Shown: positions 1 through 9,598 of the stretch, piece by piece
Position numbering within the stretch: position 1 is the first letter of the stretch
Layout: the number at the start of each line of letters is the position of its first letter
Virus record (IMG/VR): IMGVR_UViG_3300029543_000174
Location: 1-50,820 of that record
DNA: 50,820 bases
Direction: 5' to 3' (one strand)
DNA from: a virus
Lineage: Duplodnaviria; Heunggongvirae; Uroviricota; Caudoviricetes
The notes under the pieces: model-generated
Seen by the model: the letters and a program-made list of their open reading frames with translations, nothing else
The model's database searches: none
Told to the model about the DNA's origin: nothing
Made by a program: the position numbers and the translations under genes

Positions 1-579
1 ATGAGAAAATCAGAATTTTTAGAAGAATTTGAAAAAGAATACAATAATATACAAAATAAAAAAAATATAATTAATGCTGACGATATAACTCTTGATTTAA
101 TGAAGGAAAGAGGCAATAAAATTTTGTACTTGGCTGCTTTTTGTGTTTTATTTGCGGCATTATGTGTTATTATTTTTAAAAATGCTCTTGTTATTATTCC
201 GTTTGCTTGTATTATTGCATTCTTGTTATTCAAATTATATTTCAATTATAAATTGTTAAGAAATAACAATATTGTCGTAATTGAATCGGTATGTACGAAT
301 AAGAAACAAGATGTATTAAATTTTGGCGTAAACAAGATTTATGAATTTGAACCAATTAATTCAGAACAATATAATGATTTAATATTTTTATCAATTGCCA
401 ATGAGGATACAGGCGGATTATTCAAGAAAAACCAAAAGATAAAAATAGGCTATACATATTATTTAGCTTTTAAGAAAAATGACGATAAAAAGTATTCAAA
501 CGAGAACTTTTTATGTTTCAAACGAAGTGTCTATAATGAGTCTGAAAGCAAAGAAAACAAGATTAATTCAAATACTTGA
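1..579 (+). CDS. hypothetical membrane protein (two TM helices)
   Basis: 192-aa ORF with two adjacent hydrophobic segments (ILYLAAFCVLFAALCVIIF / LVIIPFACIIAFLLF). Confidence 0.7.
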   Translation: MRKSEFLEEFEKEYNNIQNKKNIINADDITLDLMKERGNKILYLAAFCVLFAALCVIIFKNALVIIPFACIIAFLLFKLYFNYKLLRNNNIVVIESVCTNKKQDVLNFGVNKIYEFEPINSEQYNDLIFLSIANEDTGGLFKKNQKIKIGYTYYLAFKKNDDKKYSNENFLCFKRSVYNESESKENKINSNT

Positions 580-835
580 CAAACAAAATATTATGCGTTA
601 CTATGTGTATAGTAAGTATTATTTAAGTTAATTAATTATTAAAATTAAGTCAGTTATTGCATTTTGCAACAACTGGCTTTTTTTATTTGTAAATTAAATA
701 ATCTTATTAATCCGAAAATGATTTTATGTTCAGATTTCATTTTCAAAAAACTCTTATGTGCAAAAAACAAATAATAATTTAAAATAACTTAGCCGGCACA
801 TTTGAGTCCGTAGGCAACGGAGAAAGGAATTTATT
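576..835 (+). promoter_or_regulatory. establishment-type leader L1: sigma-A promoter, terminator and conserved hairpins upstream of ssb
   Basis: TTGACA 576-581, 17 bp, TACTAT 599-604; terminator 647-684; hairpin 714-744 containing TTATGTTCA; TCCGT-AGGCA-ACGGA hairpin 807-821 abutting the SD; homologous to 40123-40363 and 50225-50530. Confidence 0.8.
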
Positions 836-1261
836 ATGAACAGCTATAACTTTATCGGTAGAATTACAACGGATTTGGAGTTGAAGAAAACGCCAAGTGA
901 TGTATCTCTTGTGAATTTTATGGTTGCAATTGATCGCTACAATGGTAAGAATAAGGAAAAAACCGCAGATTTCATTCCTGTTAGCGCTTATCGTTCAGAT
1001 GCTGAGAATATCGTAAAGTATTTTTCAAAGGGTTCTATGATTGGTATTACAGGTAACATTAAAACCGATACATACGAAAAGAACGGTGAAAAGCGTTATA
1101 CTTGGAAGGTACAGCTTGAAAGTTTCTCTTTTACAGGTGGTAAAAGAGAAACTGCTAATTCAGATGAACAGCCTGCTGCACAACAGCCAGCTCCAAGTTA
1201 TTCATCTGCTGATAACTCAGATTTTGAGGAAGTTGTTGATGATGACGATCTTCCGTTCTAA
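836..1261 (+). CDS. ssb: single-stranded DNA-binding protein
   Basis: OB-fold start (NFIGRITTDLELKKTP, ADFIP) and acidic C-terminal tail DDDDLPF. Confidence 0.97.
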   Translation: MNSYNFIGRITTDLELKKTPSDVSLVNFMVAIDRYNGKNKEKTADFIPVSAYRSDAENIVKYFSKGSMIGITGNIKTDTYEKNGEKRYTWKVQLESFSFTGGKRETANSDEQPAAQQPAPSYSSADNSDFEEVVDDDDLPF

Positions 1262-1305
1262 GGTAGGTGAAACATCCATATGGAATGTGTTTAAAACTTA
1301 ATAAT

Positions 1306-1349
1306 GACAACAAAAAAAGAGAGGACATTTTCCTCTCTTTTTTGTTATC
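1306..1349 (+). terminator. intrinsic terminator after ssb
   Basis: inverted repeat ACAAAAAAAGAGAGG / CCTCTCTTTTTTGT. Confidence 0.7.
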
Positions 1350-1399
1350 AAGAAAATCTAAAAACATAATTATGTCTTATTAGACACGGAGGTAGAATT

Positions 1400-2785
1400 A
1401 TGGTAAAAATGTTAGTTGCTACCTGTAAAACTGATACAGGTAAACTTGCATGTATTGAAATTCAAAAAAATGGCGGTGCAAGCACTGTTATGATTGACTA
1501 TTCAAGAGAAAAAATTTGTTTTTCATCTGTCACTCTTCAGCGAGAAGATGTTGAAGAATATTTTGATCTAATATGTTGTTGTAGAAAAGATTTGTATGTA
1601 ACAAATCTTATAAATGGAGAAAATATAAGCCCATTTAAAAGTGTTTTTACCGATTCATACGTTTTTGATTATGAACTTTATGAATCAATGCCATTTATCA
1701 TAGATGGTGTTTATACAAACGATGATGATTCACCGTTTGTGAATTCAAGAAAATTTGACAAAAACATTGATCAATTTATGGATATTGCTTTTGATGAAAG
1801 CAATTTGCCTGAAAACATTGAAGAGGGTTCTTTTATTACTCCTAAAACAATAATTTTGGAAGAAAAAGATTATACACTTTCACCTGAAAGATTTTTTTCA
1901 TCTGATGAAAAGATTATGCTGGACGAAAATAATCAAATTTGTGAAAGTTATCACACAACCGAACAGATTGAAACTATTATTGCTGAGACTTATTACAATA
2001 AAAAGGCTGCTCCTGATAGAGTAAGAGGTATACGTCTTTATGGTGAAACCGGTACAGGTAAGACTACTGCGGCAAGGTTACTTGCAAAAAGACTTGGTTT
2101 ACCGTATGTATGCTTTAAAGTTGATACAGACAGTGATGAACAATCTTTGTTTGGTACAATTTCGGGAGTAGGTGAGAACATTACATACAATCGTTCTCCT
2201 TTAAGCCTTGCTCTTGAAAAAGGTTATGTGTGTGAACTTCAAGAACTTTCATCTATTTCAAATCAAGGCGTTGAAACAAGACTTAATCCGATTCTTGATG
2301 AAAGTGCAATGTTCCAAGATGTTGATGGCATTACAAAAGCTATCCATCCTGATTGCTTACTTGTATGTACTTACAATCCGGCAGGTGAAGAATTTGTTGA
2401 ATCATCGGATATTGCAAAATCAACTAAAAACCGTTTTGCTTTATCTTATCGTATGGAAATGCCGTCAAATGATGAAATTGTCGAACAGCTTATTGCTAAA
2501 ACAGGATTTAATGATAAGAAAACAATCAGAAAAATAGTTAATCTTGTTTTTAACAAAGGTAATGGCTCTATAAGAAGTCTTATCGAAAACAATGATGTAA
2601 GTGACAGTGTATCACTTCGTCAATGTGAGGCTTGGATTAACAACCACGAGAATTGTCCGTTATATAAGGATGAACCTGACGGTTGGCTCAAGGCATCATA
2701 TTCAACTATTGTTCAGGCAATAGGTGATAATGAACCGGAAGAAATCCAAGATGAAATCTATTCTTTAATTGAGGCTACATTTTAA
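1400..2785 (+). CDS. MoxR/CbbQ/CobS-like AAA+ ATPase
   Basis: Walker A GETGTGKT, variant Walker B VCELQE, sensor TYNP, KNRF, SLRQ; followed by a VWA protein. Confidence 0.88.
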   Translation: MVKMLVATCKTDTGKLACIEIQKNGGASTVMIDYSREKICFSSVTLQREDVEEYFDLICCCRKDLYVTNLINGENISPFKSVFTDSYVFDYELYESMPFIIDGVYTNDDDSPFVNSRKFDKNIDQFMDIAFDESNLPENIEEGSFITPKTIILEEKDYTLSPERFFSSDEKIMLDENNQICESYHTTEQIETIIAETYYNKKAAPDRVRGIRLYGETGTGKTTAARLLAKRLGLPYVCFKVDTDSDEQSLFGTISGVGENITYNRSPLSLALEKGYVCELQELSSISNQGVETRLNPILDESAMFQDVDGITKAIHPDCLLVCTYNPAGEEFVESSDIAKSTKNRFALSYRMEMPSNDEIVEQLIAKTGFNDKKTIRKIVNLVFNKGNGSIRSLIENNDVSDSVSLRQCEAWINNHENCPLYKDEPDGWLKASYSTIVQAIGDNEPEEIQDEIYSLIEATF

Positions 2786-2802
2786 TGTGGCAGGAGGAAA
2801 CT

Positions 2803-5448
2803 ATGAAACTTTCTGTTAAAGAAATAATTTCTGCTAAAAAGCTTTTAATGAATTCATTTTCTGAAGAAGAATTTTGGAAGTTAAAATCAGTGAACAACTA
2901 CTTTACTAAATTAAGTAGGAATGTTACAAGTAAATACAAGTCTATTAAACCTGTATTTACACAGTTTGTTCTTGATGATTCTAAAAATGCCGATGTAGCT
3001 CGCACAAACGGCTTAATTACGGTGATTAATCCAATTAACAGTATGTTTGAAGGCTACAACAGAAAAGAACGTTTTGCTCTTTGTGTAGGACTTCAAGCAC
3101 ACGAATGTGGTCATATTCTTTTTACTAACTTTAAAATATTAAAGGAAGTATTTAAAAAAAGAGATATGTCATTGTTGGACTTTTCCGGTTGTAGTAAAGA
3201 ATTTGAAGAATGGTCAAAAAAATATGAAAAAATATTTCTCAAACTCTTAAAAGATTGTTCTAATATAGTAGAAGACCCTTATGTTGAATATCGTATTGTT
3301 AAACAGTATAAAGGCTCTTTTAAAACTGGTATTGATTCATTAAGAAACCTTTTAGCTGATGACTTAACTAAAAACTATAAGAAGTATTTAAGTCAAAATG
3401 ATACGAGTGAAACAATATCGTTTGATGTAAGAAATCTTCTACTTATGCAAGCAAGAAAATGTTTACCGGAAGAATTAAAATTTGAGGATGAGTGGATTGA
3501 AGTACGAAAATTATTTAATAATATGTATAAACATCCTTACCCAAACACAATTGAACGTTTAAACATTACTTTGCAAATGCTTGACATTCTTTTTGATAAG
3601 TATATTAAAGAACAATTTACACCAAAACCGCCTAAAAAAACTGCTGCTGATAATCATTCAAACGATGAAAATAATTCATCTAATAATGAAGACAGTGAAA
3701 ATTCAGAGAAAAACAGTTCTGATGATAATTCAAGTGAAGATGAAATGTCGGATTCACCGGAAGATAACTGCAATACAGATTCGTCAAATACAGATTCGGA
3801 AGGTGAGTCGGGTGAATGTGATACTTCTCCTGCCTCAAAAGGTTCTGAGTCTGATTTAGACAATGAAGATGATTTACTTGATGATGATAATTTGAACGAA
3901 TCTAATACTGATTCAGACAATGAAGACGATTCGACTGATGATGACGATTTGGAAGAATCTGAAACTGATTATTCAGAAAATGATACTGACGAAATGTCAA
4001 CCGGTGATGAAATATCAGAATCATCTGAAAGTAACGAACTAAGTGACACAGAGCAATCTGATTCTGAACAATTTAATGATGTTGAAGATGATGAAACAGT
4101 TGAAGATGACGATTCGGAAAAAGATAGTTCAGATGAATTAGATTTATCTGATTTAGATGAATTGAGTGAATTAATGGATAATGAAGCTTCTGATGATACA
4201 GAAAATTCTGAAACATCAAGTGATAGCACTAATGGTGAGTTCAATTCTGATGATGCAGAGGATACAGAAGAAACTGATTTTGAAATTTCTGACGAAGACA
4301 AAAGTTTTGATGATGAAACAAACGACTTTGAGCCGAATGATTTTGATTTAGAACAGGCAATTGAAGACATGCTTGATAAACTTTCAGAAAATCCGGCAAT
4401 GCCTACAGATATGGAAGACGATAAAATGTCTGATAGTGAAGGTATTGAAGGTAATGAGGACGATTATAATTCAAGTCTTAATAATTCAGAAGATGCTGAA
4501 TCACAAAAGAATAATCCTAATGAGGTTCTTGATGATATGCTCGATACTTCACCAAAAAATTACTTTGATGAGATTGAACATAAAGAAATCTTACTTGATA
4601 TTCTTGAATATTCCGAAAGTTGTAATGCCGGTTATGATTATGAAGAAGTTGATATTAACAGTATTGATGAAATTGCTTATGTTTCAGACAAAGAGACTAT
4701 TAAACTTCCTGCAAAAATAGCTGCTAATAAAATAAGAGATAAAGTTTTTCAAAAGAAAAAATCTCATAAAAATAATAGGCAGTTAAAAGGCAGTAAGGTC
4801 GATGTTAAAGCTTTTGCTCAAAGAAACAATGAATCAGATTTGGCAATTTTTTCAAATCATTCAAAACCCAACAAAATGCCACATATGTGCATTTCTACGG
4901 TTGTTGACTGTTCAGGTTCAATGTCTGGTCCAAGAATAGATGCCGCAAAAAAAATGGCACTTTTAGTTGAAAATTTTGCTACTCAATTACAAATACCTTG
5001 TAGTTGTATAGGTCATTCAACTGTTAGTTACTGTTTTCCAAAAGAAAATGTCGAAATTTATAAAGTATTTGATTTTAACCATTCTAAACAAGAAGTTAAA
5101 AAGATTTCAGGACTATCAGCAAAACGTAATAATCGTGATGGCTTTGCTTTTAGGTATGCACTTAATAAAATTAAGAAAAGACCTGAACCTTTTAAAGTTA
5201 TTATAATTATTTCTGATGGTTTACCGGCTGCACAAATGTACTTTGGAAAGGTCGGTAAAATGGATATTCAAAACTTTTTAAAGGAAGCAGAAAAAGCCGG
5301 AATATCTGTATTAAGTTTTAATATAGGTTCAGACCAAAAATCACTTGAAGATATTTACGGAGATATTGTTGATTGTTCAAACCTCGATGATGCCCCTAAA
5401 AACATTGCTGAGGCTTTATTCAAAGAAAGCAGAAGATATTTGTATTAA
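2803..5448 (+). CDS. CobT-like protein: N-terminal HExxH zincin-like domain, long D/E/S-rich linker, C-terminal VWA domain
   Basis: HECGH plus NIVED; MIDAS motif DCSGSM, NRDG, ISDG; start moved to ATG 2803 behind AGGAGG. Confidence 0.88.
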   Translation: MKLSVKEIISAKKLLMNSFSEEEFWKLKSVNNYFTKLSRNVTSKYKSIKPVFTQFVLDDSKNADVARTNGLITVINPINSMFEGYNRKERFALCVGLQAHECGHILFTNFKILKEVFKKRDMSLLDFSGCSKEFEEWSKKYEKIFLKLLKDCSNIVEDPYVEYRIVKQYKGSFKTGIDSLRNLLADDLTKNYKKYLSQNDTSETISFDVRNLLLMQARKCLPEELKFEDEWIEVRKLFNNMYKHPYPNTIERLNITLQMLDILFDKYIKEQFTPKPPKKTAADNHSNDENNSSNNEDSENSEKNSSDDNSSEDEMSDSPEDNCNTDSSNTDSEGESGECDTSPASKGSESDLDNEDDLLDDDNLNESNTDSDNEDDSTDDDDLEESETDYSENDTDEMSTGDEISESSESNELSDTEQSDSEQFNDVEDDETVEDDDSEKDSSDELDLSDLDELSELMDNEASDDTENSETSSDSTNGEFNSDDAEDTEETDFEISDEDKSFDDETNDFEPNDFDLEQAIEDMLDKLSENPAMPTDMEDDKMSDSEGIEGNEDDYNSSLNNSEDAESQKNNPNEVLDDMLDTSPKNYFDEIEHKEILLDILEYSESCNAGYDYEEVDINSIDEIAYVSDKETIKLPAKIAANKIRDKVFQKKKSHKNNRQLKGSKVDVKAFAQRNNESDLAIFSNHSKPNKMPHMCISTVVDCSGSMSGPRIDAAKKMALLVENFATQLQIPCSCIGHSTVSYCFPKENVEIYKVFDFNHSKQEVKKISGLSAKRNNRDGFAFRYALNKIKKRPEPFKVIIIISDGLPAAQMYFGKVGKMDIQNFLKEAEKAGISVLSFNIGSDQKSLEDIYGDIVDCSNLDDAPKNIAEALFKESRRYLY

Positions 5449-5457
5449 TTATCATAA

Positions 5458-5492
5458 ATAAAAGGTCACTTTTCAGTGGCCTTTTATTTTTT
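5458..5492 (+). terminator. intrinsic terminator
   Basis: AAAAGGTCACT-TTTC-AGTGGCCTTTT followed by a T run. Confidence 0.75.
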
Positions 5493-5517
5493 TACCATTG
5501 TCAAGTAAAAAGTTAGC

Positions 5518-5553
5518 TGAAAAAATTTTTTTTGCGCGATATATATAGTGAGG
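5518..5553 (+). promoter_or_regulatory. class-2 promoter-like motif T(A/G)AA-N14-GCGATA (copy 1 of 5)
   Basis: TGAA 5518-5521 and GCGATA 5536-5541; the motif recurs at 14505, 22420, 32232 and 38428 ahead of genes or operons. Confidence 0.55.
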
Positions 5554-5580
5554 ATACCAAAGAAAGGAGAAACGATAGTT

Positions 5581-6006
5581 ATGTATAAAGTGAAAAAGAC
5601 CTCAAATGAGCCTCAATTCTATGCTAAATATCTATTTCAAATATTAATAGCACTTGGCTGTTTCTTTATATTAGCTGTTAAACCTATTGATAAAATAAGT
5701 CTTTTGGGCTTTTTTGTAGTTTTAATAGATTTAATATTTTTAATTGTAAGTTTCGTTAGCAGTATTAACGAAATTTATAATTTGTCAGCTACAGATGGAA
5801 GATTGTTATTTGAATTTGGTGACAGAACAGAAGCTTATACTGATATGGAAGTTCTAAAAAACAATGAAAACAAAATCGTTGTAAAAGCTTCTGATTGTAA
5901 TAACACAAAAGTCAAAATGACAATAAAATTTAACGATTATAATGAAAAAAATGAATTTTTGAATTCTTATTGTAAAGATCAAGATTTTTGTGGGAAAGGA
6001 GAGTGA
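5581..6006 (+). CDS. hypothetical membrane protein
   Basis: two hydrophobic helices; ATG 5581 behind GAAAGGAG. Confidence 0.7.
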   Translation: MYKVKKTSNEPQFYAKYLFQILIALGCFFILAVKPIDKISLLGFFVVLIDLIFLIVSFVSSINEIYNLSATDGRLLFEFGDRTEAYTDMEVLKNNENKIVVKASDCNNTKVKMTIKFNDYNEKNEFLNSYCKDQDFCGKGE

Positions 6007-6011
6007 ATTCT

Positions 6012-6500
6012 TTGCCAAACAAAAAAATTGATAAAAATGAAATAAGAATCCTTCGGGCTATGGGTTATGAGTATAGTGAAATCGGAGAAAAAATGAATTG
6101 TTCACGGCAGTATGCGTATATGGTCTGTACACAGGAAGATTATATATCTGCTAACTTATTATGTAAAATCAATAATTTGATTTTAAAAGGATATTCCATT
6201 GAGGATATAAGAGATAATCTTAATCTTGGTGATTGCGAAATTTTCAGAAGAAAAATGCTGTATAAAAAAGTCAAATATCCTGTTTTGAGAAATTATGTCA
6301 TTGTTAATTACGGTACATATAAAAATTTCTGTGACAAAATCGGCTATACGACAATTAATTTCTGTGCAATTATTAACGGCTCCGGCAGGGTGAAAAAACC
6401 AAGCAAATACCTTATTTCACTTATAAAAAGAGAAACAGGAATTGATGAAAAAATATTTTTAAGAGAATCAACAAATGATTTTAAAAAGGATGTGATTTAA
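6012..6500 (+). CDS. HTH DNA-binding protein (sigma-70 region 4-like HTH plus a possible XRE-like HTH)
   Basis: LRAMGYEYSEIGEKMNCSRQY; TYKNFCDKIGYTTINFCAIING; TTG start behind GAAAGGAG. Confidence 0.65.
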   Translation: MPNKKIDKNEIRILRAMGYEYSEIGEKMNCSRQYAYMVCTQEDYISANLLCKINNLILKGYSIEDIRDNLNLGDCEIFRRKMLYKKVKYPVLRNYVIVNYGTYKNFCDKIGYTTINFCAIINGSGRVKKPSKYLISLIKRETGIDEKIFLRESTNDFKKDVI

Positions 6501-6533
6501 ACGATTACGGTAACTAACAATTTAACAAACAAA

Positions 6534-7451
6534 ATGCTTGATAGTTATTTTAACTATTTAGAAAAAAATCGTTTGATTGAACCTGATATTGCCATTCATT
6601 GTGATACAAGAGAAAAAGCAGAATATTTGATTGCAATGTATGCTGCATCCGGCAAAGCTTGGAGTTCAACCTCACCACTTATTACTAATGAAAACGAATA
6701 TGTAACTCGTTGGGGGAAGGACAAAGAAGCAACATGTTATAGAGTTAATGAAAGCGATTATAAATACCTTTTTAAGAGTATAGCAAATGTATACGAAAAA
6801 AAAGGAGTTATTGTTATTGAATTTCAAGATTTATTCCCATTTATATCATTAACTGAACAACCTATTGTTGAAGATGAATCAAACAAAAAGAAAAACAAAT
6901 CAAAATTATTTGGTAAAAAGAAAACTTCAAATACAGAAGAAACCAATGATAATCAGCCAGTAAAAAATGATGAAGATCTAAATGTACAAAATCACAGTTT
7001 GCCTAATGAATCAATTATTACTGACGATAAAACCAATTTTGATGAAAGTCAAGAAAATAATAATGCTTTGATAACTGATGAAAAGAATATTGACATCAAT
7101 AAAACGGTTATTATGCCGGAAAGTAATAAAGCAGATACAAAAACATTTATTGATGATTCTCCAAAACAAAAAAATAAAGATGAGCCTAAACAGAATATTG
7201 ACGTACAGCCAGTAAAAGAGGACAAATTTTCAATTTCCGAAAACAAAGGCTCTATTGTAAAAGATAAATTTGATTCAGTTAATTTACCAATTATGAAGAA
7301 TTTTAAAATAAACGATGATATGTATCGGCTTAATAATTCTTTAATATGCGAAAAATGCTACGGAGCATATTGGTATCCTATACTTAATATCGAAAAATAT
7401 ATATCAATTCTTAATCATATGAAGAACGGTGATGTGAAATATGTTGAGTAA
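6534..7451 (+). CDS. hypothetical protein with a low-complexity central region (may start at ATT 6504)
   Basis: long ORF in an operon; the N-terminal AIHCDTREKAEYL...GKAWSS resembles phage hypothetical proteins. Confidence 0.65.
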   Translation: MLDSYFNYLEKNRLIEPDIAIHCDTREKAEYLIAMYAASGKAWSSTSPLITNENEYVTRWGKDKEATCYRVNESDYKYLFKSIANVYEKKGVIVIEFQDLFPFISLTEQPIVEDESNKKKNKSKLFGKKKTSNTEETNDNQPVKNDEDLNVQNHSLPNESIITDDKTNFDESQENNNALITDEKNIDINKTVIMPESNKADTKTFIDDSPKQKNKDEPKQNIDVQPVKEDKFSISENKGSIVKDKFDSVNLPIMKNFKINDDMYRLNNSLICEKCYGAYWYPILNIEKYISILNHMKNGDVKYVE

Positions 7452-8601
7452 ATTACAAAAAACAATCTTATTTATAACTGCAGTTTCAATTTTTATTGCT
7501 TCAACTGTTTTGACAGCCTATGCAGGTACACCACAAGTAGAAGATAATATTTATGTAGCTGTAGGATATTCTAAAACAATCCCTTGTTCTCTTGATAATT
7601 GTCAAGGCAAAAGGAAAAATTGGAGTGCCGCAAGCAAATACTTTACTATTTCTTCAACCGGTACGCTTAAAGGTATATCACGAGGAAATGGTACGGCTAC
7701 TATTTCTACTGAATCGGGTGAATCGAAAACATGTAATGTTTATGTGACACCTGCTGCTAATCTTTCCTCTAAAATCGGTAAGGTTAAATTAATACGTGGC
7801 AAATCAAAAAAAATCAATGTCACAATAAGCCCTCAAAATGCTTGTTCTGACCTTATTTGGAATTCATCAAACAGCAACATTGCTACTGTTGAAAACGGTC
7901 TTATAACCGCTACCGGCTTAGGAAAATGTGATATTTATTGTAAGACAAATGACGGTGGCTCCGGTTATTTGAGTATCTCGGTTACAGTAAGTAATCCTTC
8001 TACGACAAGTCCTACCGTCAGTAAAAAAATACAAACCACAAAAAAACATAAGGTTACTACAACTAAAAAGAGAGTGACTCATAATAATACTGTTCATTCT
8101 CGTGATGATGCTACTAAATTGACTACAGTTGCTACAACAAAAAAATCAACAACACATCAAAATATTAGCACCAAAAAAAATACAACAAATAATTCAACAA
8201 ATAATATAACAAATAATTCAACAAATGAATCAACTACTTTAGAAACTACTACTGAGAATGTGACTGTTGAAGATGATATTTATTATACCGGAAGCAATGA
8301 AATGCAAGATTATGACTTAAAAGGTATTAGTAAAAAAAAATCACCTATCAAAATAGAATGGAACAAAATTAAAGGGGCAACAGGATATCAATTGTTTTGT
8401 TCTTTCGATATGAAAAATTTTGCATTGATATATGATGGTACAAATAATTTTTATGAACAACACCACTTTCAAAATGGTAAAACATATTATTATTTTGTTA
8501 GAAGTTATAAAGTTGAGAATGGTATAAAAATCACTGATTATAATTCAGATGTACTTGTTCAAAAAAGTGTCGGTAAAGGCATTTTGTCAAAAATAATTTA
8601 G
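7441..8601 (+). CDS. secreted Ig-like (Big_2) / Thr-rich / FN3-like protein
   Basis: signal peptide ending AYA; WNSSNSNIATVENGLITA; C-terminal IEWNKIKGATGYQL...YYYFVRSY. Confidence 0.8.
   Translation: MLSKLQKTILFITAVSIFIASTVLTAYAGTPQVEDNIYVAVGYSKTIPCSLDNCQGKRKNWSAASKYFTISSTGTLKGISRGNGTATISTESGESKTCNVYVTPAANLSSKIGKVKLIRGKSKKINVTISPQNACSDLIWNSSNSNIATVENGLITATGLGKCDIYCKTNDGGSGYLSISVTVSNPSTTSPTVSKKIQTTKKHKVTTTKKRVTHNNTVHSRDDATKLTTVATTKKSTTHQNISTKKNTTNNSTNNITNNSTNESTTLETTTENVTVEDDIYYTGSNEMQDYDLKGISKKKSPIKIEWNKIKGATGYQLFCSFDMKNFALIYDGTNNFYEQHHFQNGKTYYYFVRSYKVENGIKITDYNSDVLVQKSVGKGILSKII
8182..8232 (+). repeat. 12-bp in-frame tandem repeat encoding TNNS/TNNI/TNES
   Basis: four ACAAATAATTCA-like units. 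Confidence 0.7.
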
Positions 8602-8617
8602 AAAGGATAATTTAATA

Positions 8618-8866
8618 ATGATTAAAGGTTATGATTTTGGTAAATACGAAAGCAGAATAGCTATTCTTATTGAAGCTTGTAACACAGTTGATATTGAAAA
8701 AATACATAATGAATATGTGTATCTTAAAGACGTTTCAATGAAAGATAAGGATGAAGTCTTTGCTATTGATTATTTAGAACAAGAAGTAAAAATGCTTTAT
8801 TTCAGAGCTATTGACTTGTTTTCATATGAAATTGCTAAAAAGGAAGGAGGAAAATCCAATGGATAA
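8618..8866 (+). CDS. hypothetical protein
   Basis: SD GAAAGGA; tight operon packing. Confidence 0.65.
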   Translation: MIKGYDFGKYESRIAILIEACNTVDIEKIHNEYVYLKDVSMKDKDEVFAIDYLEQEVKMLYFRAIDLFSYEIAKKEGGKSNG

Positions 8867-9161
8867 TTTGGAAAACAACAAACGACTTAATATTACGATG
8901 AATTTCTCGTTAGAACCAAATGAACATCAAATCAAATTGTCTTCAAAAACTGATTTCTTTCATGATGAATTAACAGAATCAGAAGCAAAATTGCTTTTTG
9001 CAAATGTAGTTAAGCTGTTCATTGATACTGTTAAATCCGACAGAATTAAACTTGAATATGTTGATGAAGACCTTGATGAGAAAAATATTTGCAATGAATT
9101 GTTTGAATCTGCAGAGGTTATTTTAAATGAATACTATACAGAGAAAATAGAGGAGGACTAA
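8859..9161 (+). CDS. hypothetical acidic protein
   Basis: ATG 8859 behind AAGGAGG. Confidence 0.65.
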   Translation: MDNLENNKRLNITMNFSLEPNEHQIKLSSKTDFFHDELTESEAKLLFANVVKLFIDTVKSDRIKLEYVDEDLDEKNICNELFESAEVILNEYYTEKIEED

Positions 9162-9163
9162 TT

Positions 9164-9598
9164 ATGGCAAAATCTTATCAACAGAAAGCATTGAACGGCT
9201 TTTTGTATAAAAGTACATATCCGCAAGGGCACGAATTAAAATTAAAAACAAAGGCTGGTAAAATCAGCCTTTGGGGATATAAACCTGAAGAATACAGAGC
9301 ATTAAAGGCAGCAGGTAATAAAAATATGAAGGTAATCGGTTTTACAAATCTTTTACCTGACAAACCGGTTATTGCAAAAGATAAATTTCTTGTTGAAATT
9401 GAAGGACAAGCTTGTGCTTTTGCAATAACACCTACTCCAAAAAAAGAAGTTTATTTATATTTATCTGTTGGTAAAAACCGTTACGTAGGTCTTGAAGATG
9501 CTTCTCTTAAAGATATGGTTAAAACATATAAGAATGCTAAAAAGTCTGAACGTAAAGAAAAAAAGAAAAGGAAGGCAAAAAAGAATGCAAAAAAGTAA
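9164..9598 (+). CDS. hypothetical basic protein
   Basis: SD GAGGAGG; Lys-rich C-terminus. Confidence 0.7.
   Translation: MAKSYQQKALNGFLYKSTYPQGHELKLKTKAGKISLWGYKPEEYRALKAAGNKNMKVIGFTNLLPDKPVIAKDKFLVEIEGQACAFAITPTPKKEVYLYLSVGKNRYVGLEDASLKDMVKTYKNAKKSERKEKKKRKAKKNAKK

Noticed and set aside
3581..4720. Ser-rich antisense and alternate-frame ORFs inside the VWA gene (and similar ones inside the adhesin, LRR, virD4 and recD2 genes)
   Set aside because: Shadow ORFs caused by biased codon usage; no SD or motifs.
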